From Phycisphaerae bacterium (GTDB lineage Bacteria > Planctomycetota > Phycisphaerae > UBA1845): 64,000 nucleotides of DNA. Position 1 is the stretch's first letter, and every line of letters begins with the position of its first letter. Position numbers and translations under genes: made by a program. The stretch lies in NCBI GenBank assembly GCA_035356615.1, contig DAOQSN010000013.1, positions 28,882-92,881 on the forward strand, read 5' to 3'. The notes beneath the pieces were generated by a model. It saw only the letters and a program-made list of their open reading frames with translations. It made no database searches and had not been told where the DNA came from. Positions 37,261 to 47,600 of this stretch are shown here, in pieces.

Positions 37261-37486
37261 GCAGATTACACAGATTTCACAGATTACATGGATTTCGCTA
37301 CAGTATCCCATCCGCGTGGTTCTGCTCAGCAGCCTGTTGGATGAGTAGGGCGGGCCTCAGCGCCCGAGGCAGCGGGCTTTAAGTATATTGATTTTCAGAG
37401 CATCAACTGCGGGCTGCCCGTTCTTCGGCAGGCTGCCAGCCCTCGCACGGTGCGTCCACAATCTGTGTAATCTGCGTAATCTGTGG
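37261..37486. repeat. Two inverted arrays of the 9-nt unit CAGATTACA (4 units at 37262..37297, 3 units reverse-complemented at 37456..37486) flanking a ~160-bp core with an AT-rich patch
   Basis: A 17-nt perfect inverted repeat cgcagattacacagatt lies at 37260..37276 and 37460..37476. The core contains tttaagtatattgattttcagagc and a gtagggcggg motif. Confidence 0.8.
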
Positions 37487-37583
37487 AGAAGAATGCAAAC
37501 TGCATGAACCCGCAAAGCAGCAAGCGGCCGCCTTCCGCTCAGGCCAGGCTGTCGGCACGGAATGGGGAAGGTGGTTTGGCAGG

Positions 37584-40388
37584 TCACGCCCGGCCGGGGG
37601 TGGGCGGATGACCGCGGTGGGAGACGGGGACCGGACGGCGGACTTCTTCGTCCTCCTCTTCCGCGGCATCCTCGTCTTCCTCGTCGTCGTCATCCTCATC
37701 CTCGTCTTCTTCGTCCTCCTCGTCCTCTTCGCCTTCTTCGTAGTCGCCCTCAGGATCCTCGGCAACCCCAGCCTCGGCGGCGGCGGCGACATCTTCAACT
37801 TCGGCGTCTTCAGCCTCGTCGTCCTGGTCGGCCGCGTAGCCAGATTGCAGGTCGGCCGCCAGTTGCTTCTGAAGAGCATCCCAGTCGGCCAGCGTCATGA
37901 GCACCTCGCGGGCCTGCGAGCCCTTGTAATCCCCGACGAGCCCGGCGTCGGCCATCTGGTCGATCAACCGTGACGCCCGCGAATACCCGACCATCAATCG
38001 CCGCTGCAACAGGGACACACTGCCCCGCTTGGTCTCCAGCACGATGCGCACGGCTTGGTCGAACAGCGGATCGCGCGTGCCGGGATCGCCCTCGGCATTG
38101 TCGGGGCGCAGGCGCACCAGCTCGGGGTGGAACTCCGGCCCCCCGCGCTCGGCGAGGTAATCGAGCACCGCCTGGATCTCGTGGTCCTCCAGATAGGTGC
38201 CCTGCGCGCGGACCAGCTTGTGCACCCCCGGGGGCAGGAACAGCATGTCGCCCTGACCCATGAGCACCTCGCCGCCGTTCTGATCGAGCACGATCCGCGA
38301 GTCGATGCGCGACGAGACCCGGAACGCGATCCGACAGGGCAGGTTGGACTTGATGAGCCCGGTGACCACGCGGGCCTCGGGCCGCTGCGTCGCCACGATG
38401 ATGTGGATGCCCACCGCCCGCGACTTCTGCGCCAGACGCGAAAGGTGGTGCTCCACCTCCTTGGCGGCCGTCATCATCAGGTCCGCCAGCTCGTCGATGA
38501 TGACGACGATGTACGGCAACGCGGTGGGGATGAGCGCGCGTTCCTGGTCGTTGCTCGGCTGAAAACGCTCGTAAATGGCCTCGGCACCGAGCGCGTTGAA
38601 GTCGGCCACGTTGCGGACGCGGGCCTCGGCCAGCAACTCGTACCGCTCCTCCATCTTCGTCACTGCCCATTCCAGGATCTTCTCCGCGCGGGCCATGTCG
38701 GTGACGATCGGGCACATCAGGTGCGGCATGCCCTTGAACTGGCAGAGCTCCACCATCTTCGGGTCGACCAGGATCATCTTCACCCGGTCGGGCCGCTGCG
38801 TCATCAGGACGCTGGCGATGACGGAGTTGAGGCAGACGCTCTTGCCGGAGCCGGTCGTGCCGGCGATCAGCAGGTGCGGCATCTTGGTCAGGTCGGCGAC
38901 CAGCGCCTGACCCGCGGCATCCTTGCCCAGAAAGAGCGGCAGCGACATGCGGGCCGCCTTCGGGCCCGACATGAACATCAGTTCCTTCAGCCGGACGATC
39001 TCCTTGCGACTGTTGGGCACTTCGATGCCGACGGTGTTCTTGCCGGGGATCGGCGCGACGACACGAATGGCATGGGCTTTCAGCGCCCGGGCAATATCGT
39101 TGGACAGCGACGCGATCTGCGACACCTTCACGCCCGCGCCCAGCTTCAGCTCGAACATCGTGATGACTGGACCGGTGTCGATCTCGACCACCCGGGCGTC
39201 GAGGCGGAACTCCTCGAGCGTGCGTTCGAGGATGCGGGCCTGCTCGCGGACGAACGCTTCCTGCTCGGCCGTGAAACCGTGCTCCGGCTCATCGAGCAGC
39301 GACAACGGCGGCAGCGGCCAATCACCCAACTCACGCGGGTACGGCTCGGGCGGCCGGTCCGCCCCCGGCACGGTGAGCAACGCCTCGGCGGGCGCCGCCC
39401 CGGACCCCGTCTGCTGGTCGTCTTCCGCGTCGCTAGCACTCTCCGCGCGGCCGTCGTCGCCCGCGTCCGCGACGCGATCGTGTGCCGCGGCCGACGCCGC
39501 CCGCCCGGAGCCTCCGCTGTGGCCGGCACGCTTCGCCCCGGCGTGCCGCACCCGCGGTGCCTGTTCCGTGCGCACGGGCGGGGCCCCGGTCTCGCCCCCG
39601 CTGCGCGGCGTGTCCTCCTGGTCCTCGGCCGTTGCTTCGTCCCGATCGTCCGTCCTATCCTCGGCGGGCGGCGGAGGCGGCTCCACGCGGTCCGGCTTGC
39701 GGGTGGGCCGGGAGGGGTTGATCCGCGGCTCGAGCACGGCCGTCTCCGCTACCACTGCGGGGACGGCCACCGGCGCCGGCTTCAGGGCCGCCGCCCGCTC
39801 CGCCATCCGCTCCCGGGCGGCCGCCAAAGCCTGCCCCGACGCCTCGCCGGCCCGTCGCATCAAACGCGGCAGCCGCAGTATCCACCCGTGCGTCGCGAAG
39901 ACCAGCCCCACGAACAGGACCGCGCCGAGCACGATCACGGTTCCCAACTGTGAAACGTGGCGGGCAAGAAGCTGCCCCAGAACATGCCCAAGTACCCCCC
40001 CGGCTCCCACCGGCAGGGAATCGGCATTCGGGGCGGCCACCAGATGCACGGCAGCGGCCGTGCCCGGAACGACCAACGCCAGCCCGATGAGCCGCTCCCA
40101 GAGATGTCCCACCTGTCCGCGCACCAGACGCGTCACGAGGGCCAGCGTGGCGAAAAGGAGTAGCGGGTAGGCTCCGTCCCCCAAAGCGTAGCGAAGGCAA
40201 TACGCAGCCAGCGCCCCGACCGTACCACAGGCATTGCGCGGCGGATCGTTGAGCGGGAACTGGTGCGGGCTAGGCCAGTCGCCTATGTCGAAGGTCAGCA
40301 ACGCCGGCCAGAGCAGTGCACATGCACCAACGGTCAGTACCGGCCACAGAACCCGGCCGTGGGACGTCGTCTGGGTCGATGCGCTCAT
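37584..40388 (-). CDS. ftsK: DNA translocase FtsK/SpoIIIE with a poly-acidic C-terminal extension
   Basis: N-terminal TM segments are followed by Walker A IAGTTGSGKSVCLN and Walker B IVVIIDELADLMM. The gamma winged-helix reads SVSLLQRRLMVGYSRASRLIDQM. About 110 aa of D/E-rich tail follow (EEGEEDEEDEEDEDEDDDDEEDED). Confidence 0.92.
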   Translation of the reverse strand: MSASTQTTSHGRVLWPVLTVGACALLWPALLTFDIGDWPSPHQFPLNDPPRNACGTVGALAAYCLRYALGDGAYPLLLFATLALVTRLVRGQVGHLWERLIGLALVVPGTAAAVHLVAAPNADSLPVGAGGVLGHVLGQLLARHVSQLGTVIVLGAVLFVGLVFATHGWILRLPRLMRRAGEASGQALAAARERMAERAAALKPAPVAVPAVVAETAVLEPRINPSRPTRKPDRVEPPPPPAEDRTDDRDEATAEDQEDTPRSGGETGAPPVRTEQAPRVRHAGAKRAGHSGGSGRAASAAAHDRVADAGDDGRAESASDAEDDQQTGSGAAPAEALLTVPGADRPPEPYPRELGDWPLPPLSLLDEPEHGFTAEQEAFVREQARILERTLEEFRLDARVVEIDTGPVITMFELKLGAGVKVSQIASLSNDIARALKAHAIRVVAPIPGKNTVGIEVPNSRKEIVRLKELMFMSGPKAARMSLPLFLGKDAAGQALVADLTKMPHLLIAGTTGSGKSVCLNSVIASVLMTQRPDRVKMILVDPKMVELCQFKGMPHLMCPIVTDMARAEKILEWAVTKMEERYELLAEARVRNVADFNALGAEAIYERFQPSNDQERALIPTALPYIVVIIDELADLMMTAAKEVEHHLSRLAQKSRAVGIHIIVATQRPEARVVTGLIKSNLPCRIAFRVSSRIDSRIVLDQNGGEVLMGQGDMLFLPPGVHKLVRAQGTYLEDHEIQAVLDYLAERGGPEFHPELVRLRPDNAEGDPGTRDPLFDQAVRIVLETKRGSVSLLQRRLMVGYSRASRLIDQMADAGLVGDYKGSQAREVLMTLADWDALQKQLAADLQSGYAADQDDEAEDAEVEDVAAAAEAGVAEDPEGDYEEGEEDEEDEEDEDEDDDDEEDEDAAEEEDEEVRRPVPVSHRGHPPTPGRA

Positions 40389-41181
40389 CCATTACCACTC
40401 AGCTTCGCGGAGGTCGGGCAGCCGTCTCGTGCCCAACTTAGCGGGGTACCCTCGGGGCCTCCAGTGAGGTGCCACCCTCCGTCCTCGCCGATTCCCAGTA
40501 CTGACAGGGGCACTTCGCTTGCGTGCTTCCCGGCGTAGTGGTCAAACCGGCCGGCGCCCTTGCCTCCTGCCTGGCGCTACTGAGAACGCGCTTGTCCTGT
40601 TATCGGCCCCGGCGCAGTTCGGTCTGTAGGCAAAGGCCGCGCGACCCCGCGCATGGTCACGCCCTCCGTCGAGAAGAAACCACATTATCGGTCAGTTTGT
40701 TCTTTGACCCGCCGTTGGCAGCGGTCCTAGTATCAGTACCGGAACCCAGTTCCGGTGTCGGTGCTTCCGGGCCCGCGTGACCGCTGGCTCGGCGGGCTGG
40801 GTCGAAAGAGGCATCCCACGCGTGCCTCGGGGGGTAGGCAAACGCGTGGGGACCACTGTCCTTAGCCCTCCCTGGGACCGATTGAACAACCCCCGACGGT
40901 CAATCATACGCGTGGCTGCCCCACGGGGCGGCCGGATGTGGTGCGCCCTGGCGCACCACGCTTCTTTACGCGCACGCGGGTGGACCGACTGCGGCCGGTG
41001 CAACGCAAGGAGAGCGCGGAGCAACTCCGCGCGCACGACAACCGCCGGACGCGCCGTAGGGTTCCCGCCGGCCCGTGGCCGCCGCGTCGCAGACTGTTCC
41101 GTCAGAAGCACCGGAGCTGCCAAGTCGTGTCAGCAACCGGATGTCACACCCCACCGTGTGCCCACTGAGGGAATCAGGGTC

Positions 41182-41403
41182 CTACTTCATCCGAGCTGCT
41201 TCGCGTTGCAGCTCCTCTTTAGCCTGGTTCCAGTCGCCCAGCGCGTCGCCGCCGCGCCCGCGCGCTGCGCGACCCAGGTAGATCTTGTAGGCGCGCTCCC
41301 GAATCTGGTCTTCGGTCACCTGGACCGAACGCAGGGCGGTGGTGGTGCCCCGGCTGATGGTGCTGGTGGTGGTTACCTTCTCTCGAATCGCCGTACGTGC
41401 CAT
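41182..41403 (-). CDS. DUF2934-family small protein
   Basis: The 73-aa ORF contains IRERAYKIYLGRAARGRGGDALGDWNQAKEEL, the ERAY.IW..RG...G....DW..AE.EL signature. Confidence 0.7.
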   Translation of the reverse strand: MARTAIREKVTTTSTISRGTTTALRSVQVTEDQIRERAYKIYLGRAARGRGGDALGDWNQAKEELQREAARMK

Positions 41404-41608
41404 CGGTCATCCTCCATGCAAGAGGGATTGGACTCAGTCCTTTCTAGTATCTTACGACGCTGCCTGCCGGCGTCAACCGATTCGCTTTCGAGGCACGGGA
41501 GCTGTCTGGTGCAGAACTCCACGGCCGAACCGAGAGCCTCGAAAAGCGGGGGTCGGGCGACGCCTACACCGCCCGCGGGTGGGCTGACGTTGCGTTACGC
41601 TGAGCCGG

Positions 41609-44600
41609 TCATGGACCGGTGAACGCCTGCTGAAAGGCCGCCACGTCGGCCAGGTCCACGTCGTCATCGCCGTCGAAGTCCAGCGTGCCGCAATCAGGAA
41701 ACACGCCCCCCCGCGGGCCGGTCAGGCAGTCGGCAAGGGCGGTCAGGTCGTCGTAGTCCACGCGTCCATCGCCGTCCGCGTCGCCGTTGGCGCGCCGCAG
41801 CGCCCGCACCACTCGGAAGCCTATCTGAGCGAGCGTCGAGCGCGGATCGGCGAAGTTGCGCCGGTTGGTCGCCAGGCTCTCCGAACCGGTGGGTGGATGC
41901 ACGGTGCTGTAGCTGCCGCCGCGGACGGTACGAACGGCGAAGCTGCCCGGCGTGTAACGTCCCTGTAACCACTGATAGACGTTGCCGGACATGTCGAAGA
42001 GCTGGAACGTATTGGCATTGGCGTTCGTGGTGAACGAACCGCCGTGGTTCGAGCCGTCGTAGTAGCCCACCGGCGTGGTGCTGTTGTCGAACGGGTCGCC
42101 GCTGTTCTTGTAGTTGGCATCCGCGCCGGTCAGCGTGTCGCGTCCGCAGCCGTACACGGTGTTGCGCGCGAGGACGCTGTTCCAGGCGGCGGCCTTATAC
42201 CATTCGTTGTAGCCGTCGGCGAAGTCGACGCTGACGTCCGGGTTGTTGTAGCCTTCGTCCATCGGCAGGCGGTACCCGCGGTAGTTCTCCACCAGGGCAA
42301 GGCGTTCGTCATCGTTCAGGTCACGCGTGGACCACAGCGTGCCCGTTGCGGTGACCGGGCGCCAGCCCGCCAGGTCCGCGTCGCTGGCTTCGTTGTAGCA
42401 ACGCTGCTCCGGGCTCATCCCCTGGTCCAGCGTGAGCCAGTTGCAGTACTTCAGGGCCCCGTACCAGCTTGCGCCCGTAACGGGGTGGGCTTCGTAGCCG
42501 GTCTGCACCGAGTACATTTGCGTGCCGTCGTCGTAACTGATCCGCCCCCCCGCGGCCGGCGCAAACATCTTCACCGTGCGCGTGCCGGGCGAGGCTCCGG
42601 TTTCGCGCGCGGCGGTCGTGTTCACATACACGTCGCCCGTCGTCGTGTGGAAGAACATGTACGCACCGCGCGGGGCCGCAGACGTGGTTAGCGCGTCGTT
42701 CAGAAACGCCGCGAACTCGGCGTTGGTGGTGTGATACGCGGACATCTCGAAGTTGTACGCCGGCCCGCCCGGTTGGAGCACGTCCGCCGCGACGTGCGCC
42801 GACGACACGGCGAAGTGTGGATTCACCAGCGTCAGGCTCACGAGCCGCGTGCAGCTTACCGCGTTGGTGAGGTCGGTAAACACGACTTCGGCCTGGTTCT
42901 CGCCTTCCTGCAAGGGGGGGATGGTGGCGTTGCCCACGTCAATGGCGACGACGATGTGCGTCGTGCCGGCAGACGGGAGACTATCGACCACCGGCCCGGT
43001 CCCGCCGTTCAGCAGCACCCAACTGTTTGGTTCCGACGATTCGGCCCGCCACTGGATCGCGCCCGTGTCGTAATTCACGAGCGTGTAGATCGCCGTGGGA
43101 TCCAGGATCGGCCCCCCGGGCACGCCGTAGGCGGTCAAGCCGGTTCGCGGTCCAACCGAAAGCGTCTCCACAATGTGCAGGCGAACCGTCCGCGTCTGCA
43201 CGTGACCCGTGTAGGTGTCCGTGAACTGCACGGTGCCAACATACGTACCGTGGTACAACTGCAGTGCCAGCTCGTTCACCGAGACCGTCATGGTCGCAGG
43301 CGCGCCGCCGGGCAGCACCGTCACGGTGGCGGAACCGACATCCAGCCAATCCACGTCGGCCGCCACGTGAACGTCGATGCCCCTGTCCGTGCGGGCATTT
43401 GTAAGTGTATAGACTTGGAAGGGCAGCGGATCCAGCTCCGGCCCGACCTCCCAGGGGTCCTCGGTCGGCGTGATGAAGATCGGGTCCTGGACCACCACCG
43501 TGACCGTCTCCTCGAGCGTGGCCGAGAGGTTGTCGTTGCCGGGGTCAGTGAAGCGAAAGACCAGCACGGCGTCGTATTCTCCCACCGCCAGAGAGGCGGC
43601 GTCCTCATCCACGCTTACGTCGAAAGACAGGCCGGCGCCCGGCGTGAGCGTCCCGCTGAGCGGGTACTGCCCCGTGATGGACACCCACGGTTGGGCACAG
43701 CTTACCTGATATTGCAGGTTGAAACTTACGAGGCTGCTCAACGCAAACGTGCACGGGTTCGGGTTGATAAACGGGCCGCCGTAGAAACCGGTGAAGACGG
43801 CCGCGTCGTCCGGCGGCGTGACCGCGATGGGCCAGGCGACGTTCACGGTGGCGTTGCGGGTGCGGACTTCATTGGTCCGCGTGTTGCGCCAGGTGGCGAC
43901 GGCCACGTGGGTACCGGGGCCGAGGGCGTTGGCCTCACTGTTGAGCGTGAGGGTCACGGCGCCCTGTTGCCCGGCGTCCAGCGTGCCGCTCGCCTGCCCA
44001 GGCGTCGGCCCGGTGACGGTCAGCCAGGTCTTGTCCGCAGTCAGAGCCCACGGCATCGCGGCAGCCGAGCGGTTGGTGACCTCATAAAGCTGCGTCGTCC
44101 CCGCGGCCTGGCCGGAGCGGTACATACCGGCGTAACTGATACCGCCGCCCGGAGTCAGCAGGAACGGCTCGCGCAGATGCAGTAGGACAAAGCGTTTCTG
44201 CGTGGCACCGCTGAGAGAGTCGGTTACCGTGATCGCCGCCACCCGGCCGGGGTTGCGGACCACCCGAAACCCGACTTGGGCGTCGGCGAGGTCGGGCGCC
44301 AGCGGCTGGCGGGTGGCGTTGGTCAAGTACGCCGACTCCGGCGCGTCATCCCACCCACCGCCGCGCGCCGCCTGTTGCAGGTACGCATTTCCCTGCACCC
44401 ATTCGGCTGCGTTACCACATAGGTCGAACAAAGCGAACCCGTTGCCGGACGCGGTCGTCGGCGTTTCGCCGTCGCCGAGCACGTTTGCGCCATCGAAGAA
44501 ACCACGTGGTGTGGTTCCGCCGACTGTACAATCGTCCTCGTCCTCGAACGGGTCACCGCTGCACCGGAAGTTCGCGTCAGCGGCCGTCAGGGTACCGCGT

Positions 44601-47600
44601 CCGAAGCCGTAGGTGTGCTCGCCACCGGTCGCGTCGTCCCAGGCGGCCGCCTTGTACCACTCGTTGTAGCCACTTGCGCCCGCCTCGGCATCCAGCGGCA
44701 GGCGATAGCCTATGGTCTCGGCTACTATGTTTGCCGGGTCGAATGCCCCGGCAATCCAGTCGGCATCGCTTACGGTAACGGGGTGCCAGCTACTCAAGGC
44801 CGTGCTCGGGGCTTCCGTGTAGACGCGCAGCTCGGGCGGCAGGCCCGCGTTCAGGGTCAGCCAGTTACAATATTTGAGGGCTCCGTACCAGGTTACACCG
44901 GTAACGGGGTGATCCGTGTACCCGTCGTCAACCACGTAAGCGCCGCCGACAAACTGTATATGGCCCGCGCCGGCATCGTAGAGCAGCGGTCCTGCCCCGT
45001 CCGTACCCGCGGCGGGTTCCTGCGTGTCGTGTATATGCACATTGCCGGAGTCAGTGTCGAAATACATGTACTCGCTGCGTGGCCCCGGGTCAACCCCCAC
45101 GGCATCCTGATACGCGTTGTTGAGGAAGGCGGCGAAGTCGCTGTTGCGCACCTCGAATTGCGCCACCCAGTAGTCGTAGGCGGGCCCGCCGGGCTGAGCG
45201 GCATCTGCCGGCACCCAGGCACCGCTGCCCGGCGGTGCGGGTGACACACCGAGCGTATCCACCGCTTCTGACACCCGCAAACGTGCCTCCGCGGTGGCAC
45301 CGGGCGGAACGCGCGGACCGGCCGAGGTGTCCAGGGCCAGCCAGGCGGCGTCAACCGTCACGGACAACGTGTCCAGCGTGTAATCGCCCGCGTTCTCGAT
45401 GGCGAGAACGAACTCGGCAAGATCGTAGGGGCCGCCGACGTACGCCTCCAGACGCTGGGGGGGTACGGGAGTGAGATCGAACTGTGTAAGTGTGTCGGGG
45501 AGGGCCTGCGCCACTCGAAAGCCGAGGAACCGGTAGGCCGCGCTTGCTGCCTGCGAGTTGCGCCCGTCCGCGCGCAGGAGCGGCGCTTGAATCGCGTTGG
45601 TGTAGTTGCCGCCGCGCGTGGCGCGTTCCGAAGCGGTGCCGCCCACGTCCTGCATCCATTCGGATACGTTGCCCGTCATGTCATAGAGGCCGTAGCCGTT
45701 GGCCGTGTCGTTGGTGATGATCGGCCCGGCGATCTCGTGCACCCCATCATAGAACCCCACCGGTGTGGTGTCGGCGAAGGGATCAAGACTCAAGTAGAAG
45801 TTCGCATCGGCGACGGTAATCACGTTGCGCCCGAAACCGTAGTCGGCGTACAGGACGGTCTCCGGCAGCCAGGCCGCCGCCTTGTACCATTCGTTGTAGG
45901 TGCTGACCGCCGCGGCTCCGTCGTCCACGGGCAGGCGGAAGCCGCGCCATTGCCGCAGCTCCGCCGGCGTGCCGAGGGGGCACCACTGATCGGCCGGGTA
46001 GCCTTCGTGATACACCCGCTGGCCGGACATACCGTGAATGAGCGTCAGCCAGTTGCAGAACTTCAAGGCGCCGTACCACGAGACGCCGCCGACAGGGTGG
46101 TTCTCGAAGCCGCTCTGCGGGACGTAGCGACCGCCGGTGAAGCTGATGTAACCGTTGGCGGCCGCATCGAAGAGGACCGTGCCCGTTCCACTGGTTCCCT
46201 GGGTACCGGTCTGCGACGTGTGCAGGTAGACGTTGCCGCTGTCCACGTCGAAATACAGCCACGCGCCGCGTTCGTTGTTGACGTTGGCGAGCGCGTCATT
46301 GAGGAACAGGCAGTATTCGTGGTTGGTGACCTCGAAGCGGCCGATGCGGAAATTGTACGCAGGGGGGGCCGCGGCGTCGCCGGTGACCAGCGCCAGGTCG
46401 AGGACCACGCCGGCCGCGGTGATGACGAGCGTCACGCGGCGGGTGCTCTCGAACGCCGGTTCGAAGGTGGTGTCCGTGAAGATCAGGTCGCCGACGTACA
46501 CGCCCGCCGGCAACTGCGCCGCCACGTCGTTCGGTTCGATGGTCACCAGGGTGCTGCCGTTGGGCTCCAGGATCAGCCCTTCGGTCGGGTTGACGTCGAG
46601 CCAGTCGGCGCCGGACTCCGGGACAAACTCGGCTGACCACCAGCGCTCGCCGAGGGCATTGCCCGCCAGCGTGCAGGACGACGAAGGCGGGGTGAACTCC
46701 CCCCCGAGCGGGCGCGTGAAGCTGATATCGCCGGCCGGCGTTACCCAGTCGTTCACGGTCAGTCCGATGGTACGCTCCACGGTGAAGCCGCTGCCTGGAT
46801 CGTGCTGGAACCGCAGCGTGCTGTCATAGCTGCCGATGTCGAGGATCTCGGCCGCGTAGGTGAGCGTCGCGGCGACCTGCGTGCTGCCCAGCGCGGGGAG
46901 CGTACCCTGATAAGTGTTCAGGGCAAACCAGCTCGACGTCGGTTGTACCTCAACGCGCCAGGGAAGCGTCTCGCTCGCAAGGTTGCTGATCTGCCACTGG
47001 TGTTGCGCCGGCGCGAAGGGTCCCCCGGCCGGGCCGCTGAACAGTTGCGTGCCTGATGGTGCCACCGAGAACCACGGCAACACTTGCAGACTGACCGCGC
47101 GGACCCAGACGCTCCCCGTGCAGCCGTCTGCGAACGTCACCTCCGCAGTGAAGGTGCCGAGGTCCAGGCCGGCGGCCGCACCGGCGTCGATCGCAATGGT
47201 GACCGGCGCGGTGCCCTGCGCCGGGACTTCCCCGCCGACCGGCGGCTGGGTACCGTTCAGCGTCAGCCAATCCAGCCCCGAGGGCGTCGCCGTCGTTTCC
47301 TCCCAGGTGGCCGACCAGAGCACCGGCAGGTCCGAACCGTTCGTGAGTGTATACAGCTTGCTCCCCGGATTCGGCGTCCCACGATAGCGCATCGACGCCG
47401 CCAGGCCGCCGGAGGGCTCGACGTTCAGGGGCTCCGTAACCGTCAGGCGCAGGAGACGCTCGATGACCGTTCCCGGCGGCGGACCATACACAATACCCAC
47501 GGTGCCGATGTTCTCGCCCAGCGTCAGTTCATCGGTCGCGCACGCCGGCGCGACACGCACCGTGAACGCGTAGCTCTCCCCGGGGACCAGCGTGACGTTG

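Noticed and set aside
37330-37420. The AT-rich core next to ftsK as a dif (XerCD) site.
   Set aside because: It has no similarity to the conserved dif half-sites (..GCATAA / TTATG..) and lacks the 6-8 bp spacer palindrome structure.
40389-41181. RNase P RNA, tmRNA or SRP RNA in the long gap upstream of ftsK.
   Set aside because: I searched by eye on both strands for GAGGAAAGUCC and ACAGAA.CCGGCUUA (RNase P), GGUUCGA..UCC plus ACCA ends (tmRNA) and GUCCGGAAGGAAGCAGC (SRP). None is present. The gap is kept only as an unassigned structured region.
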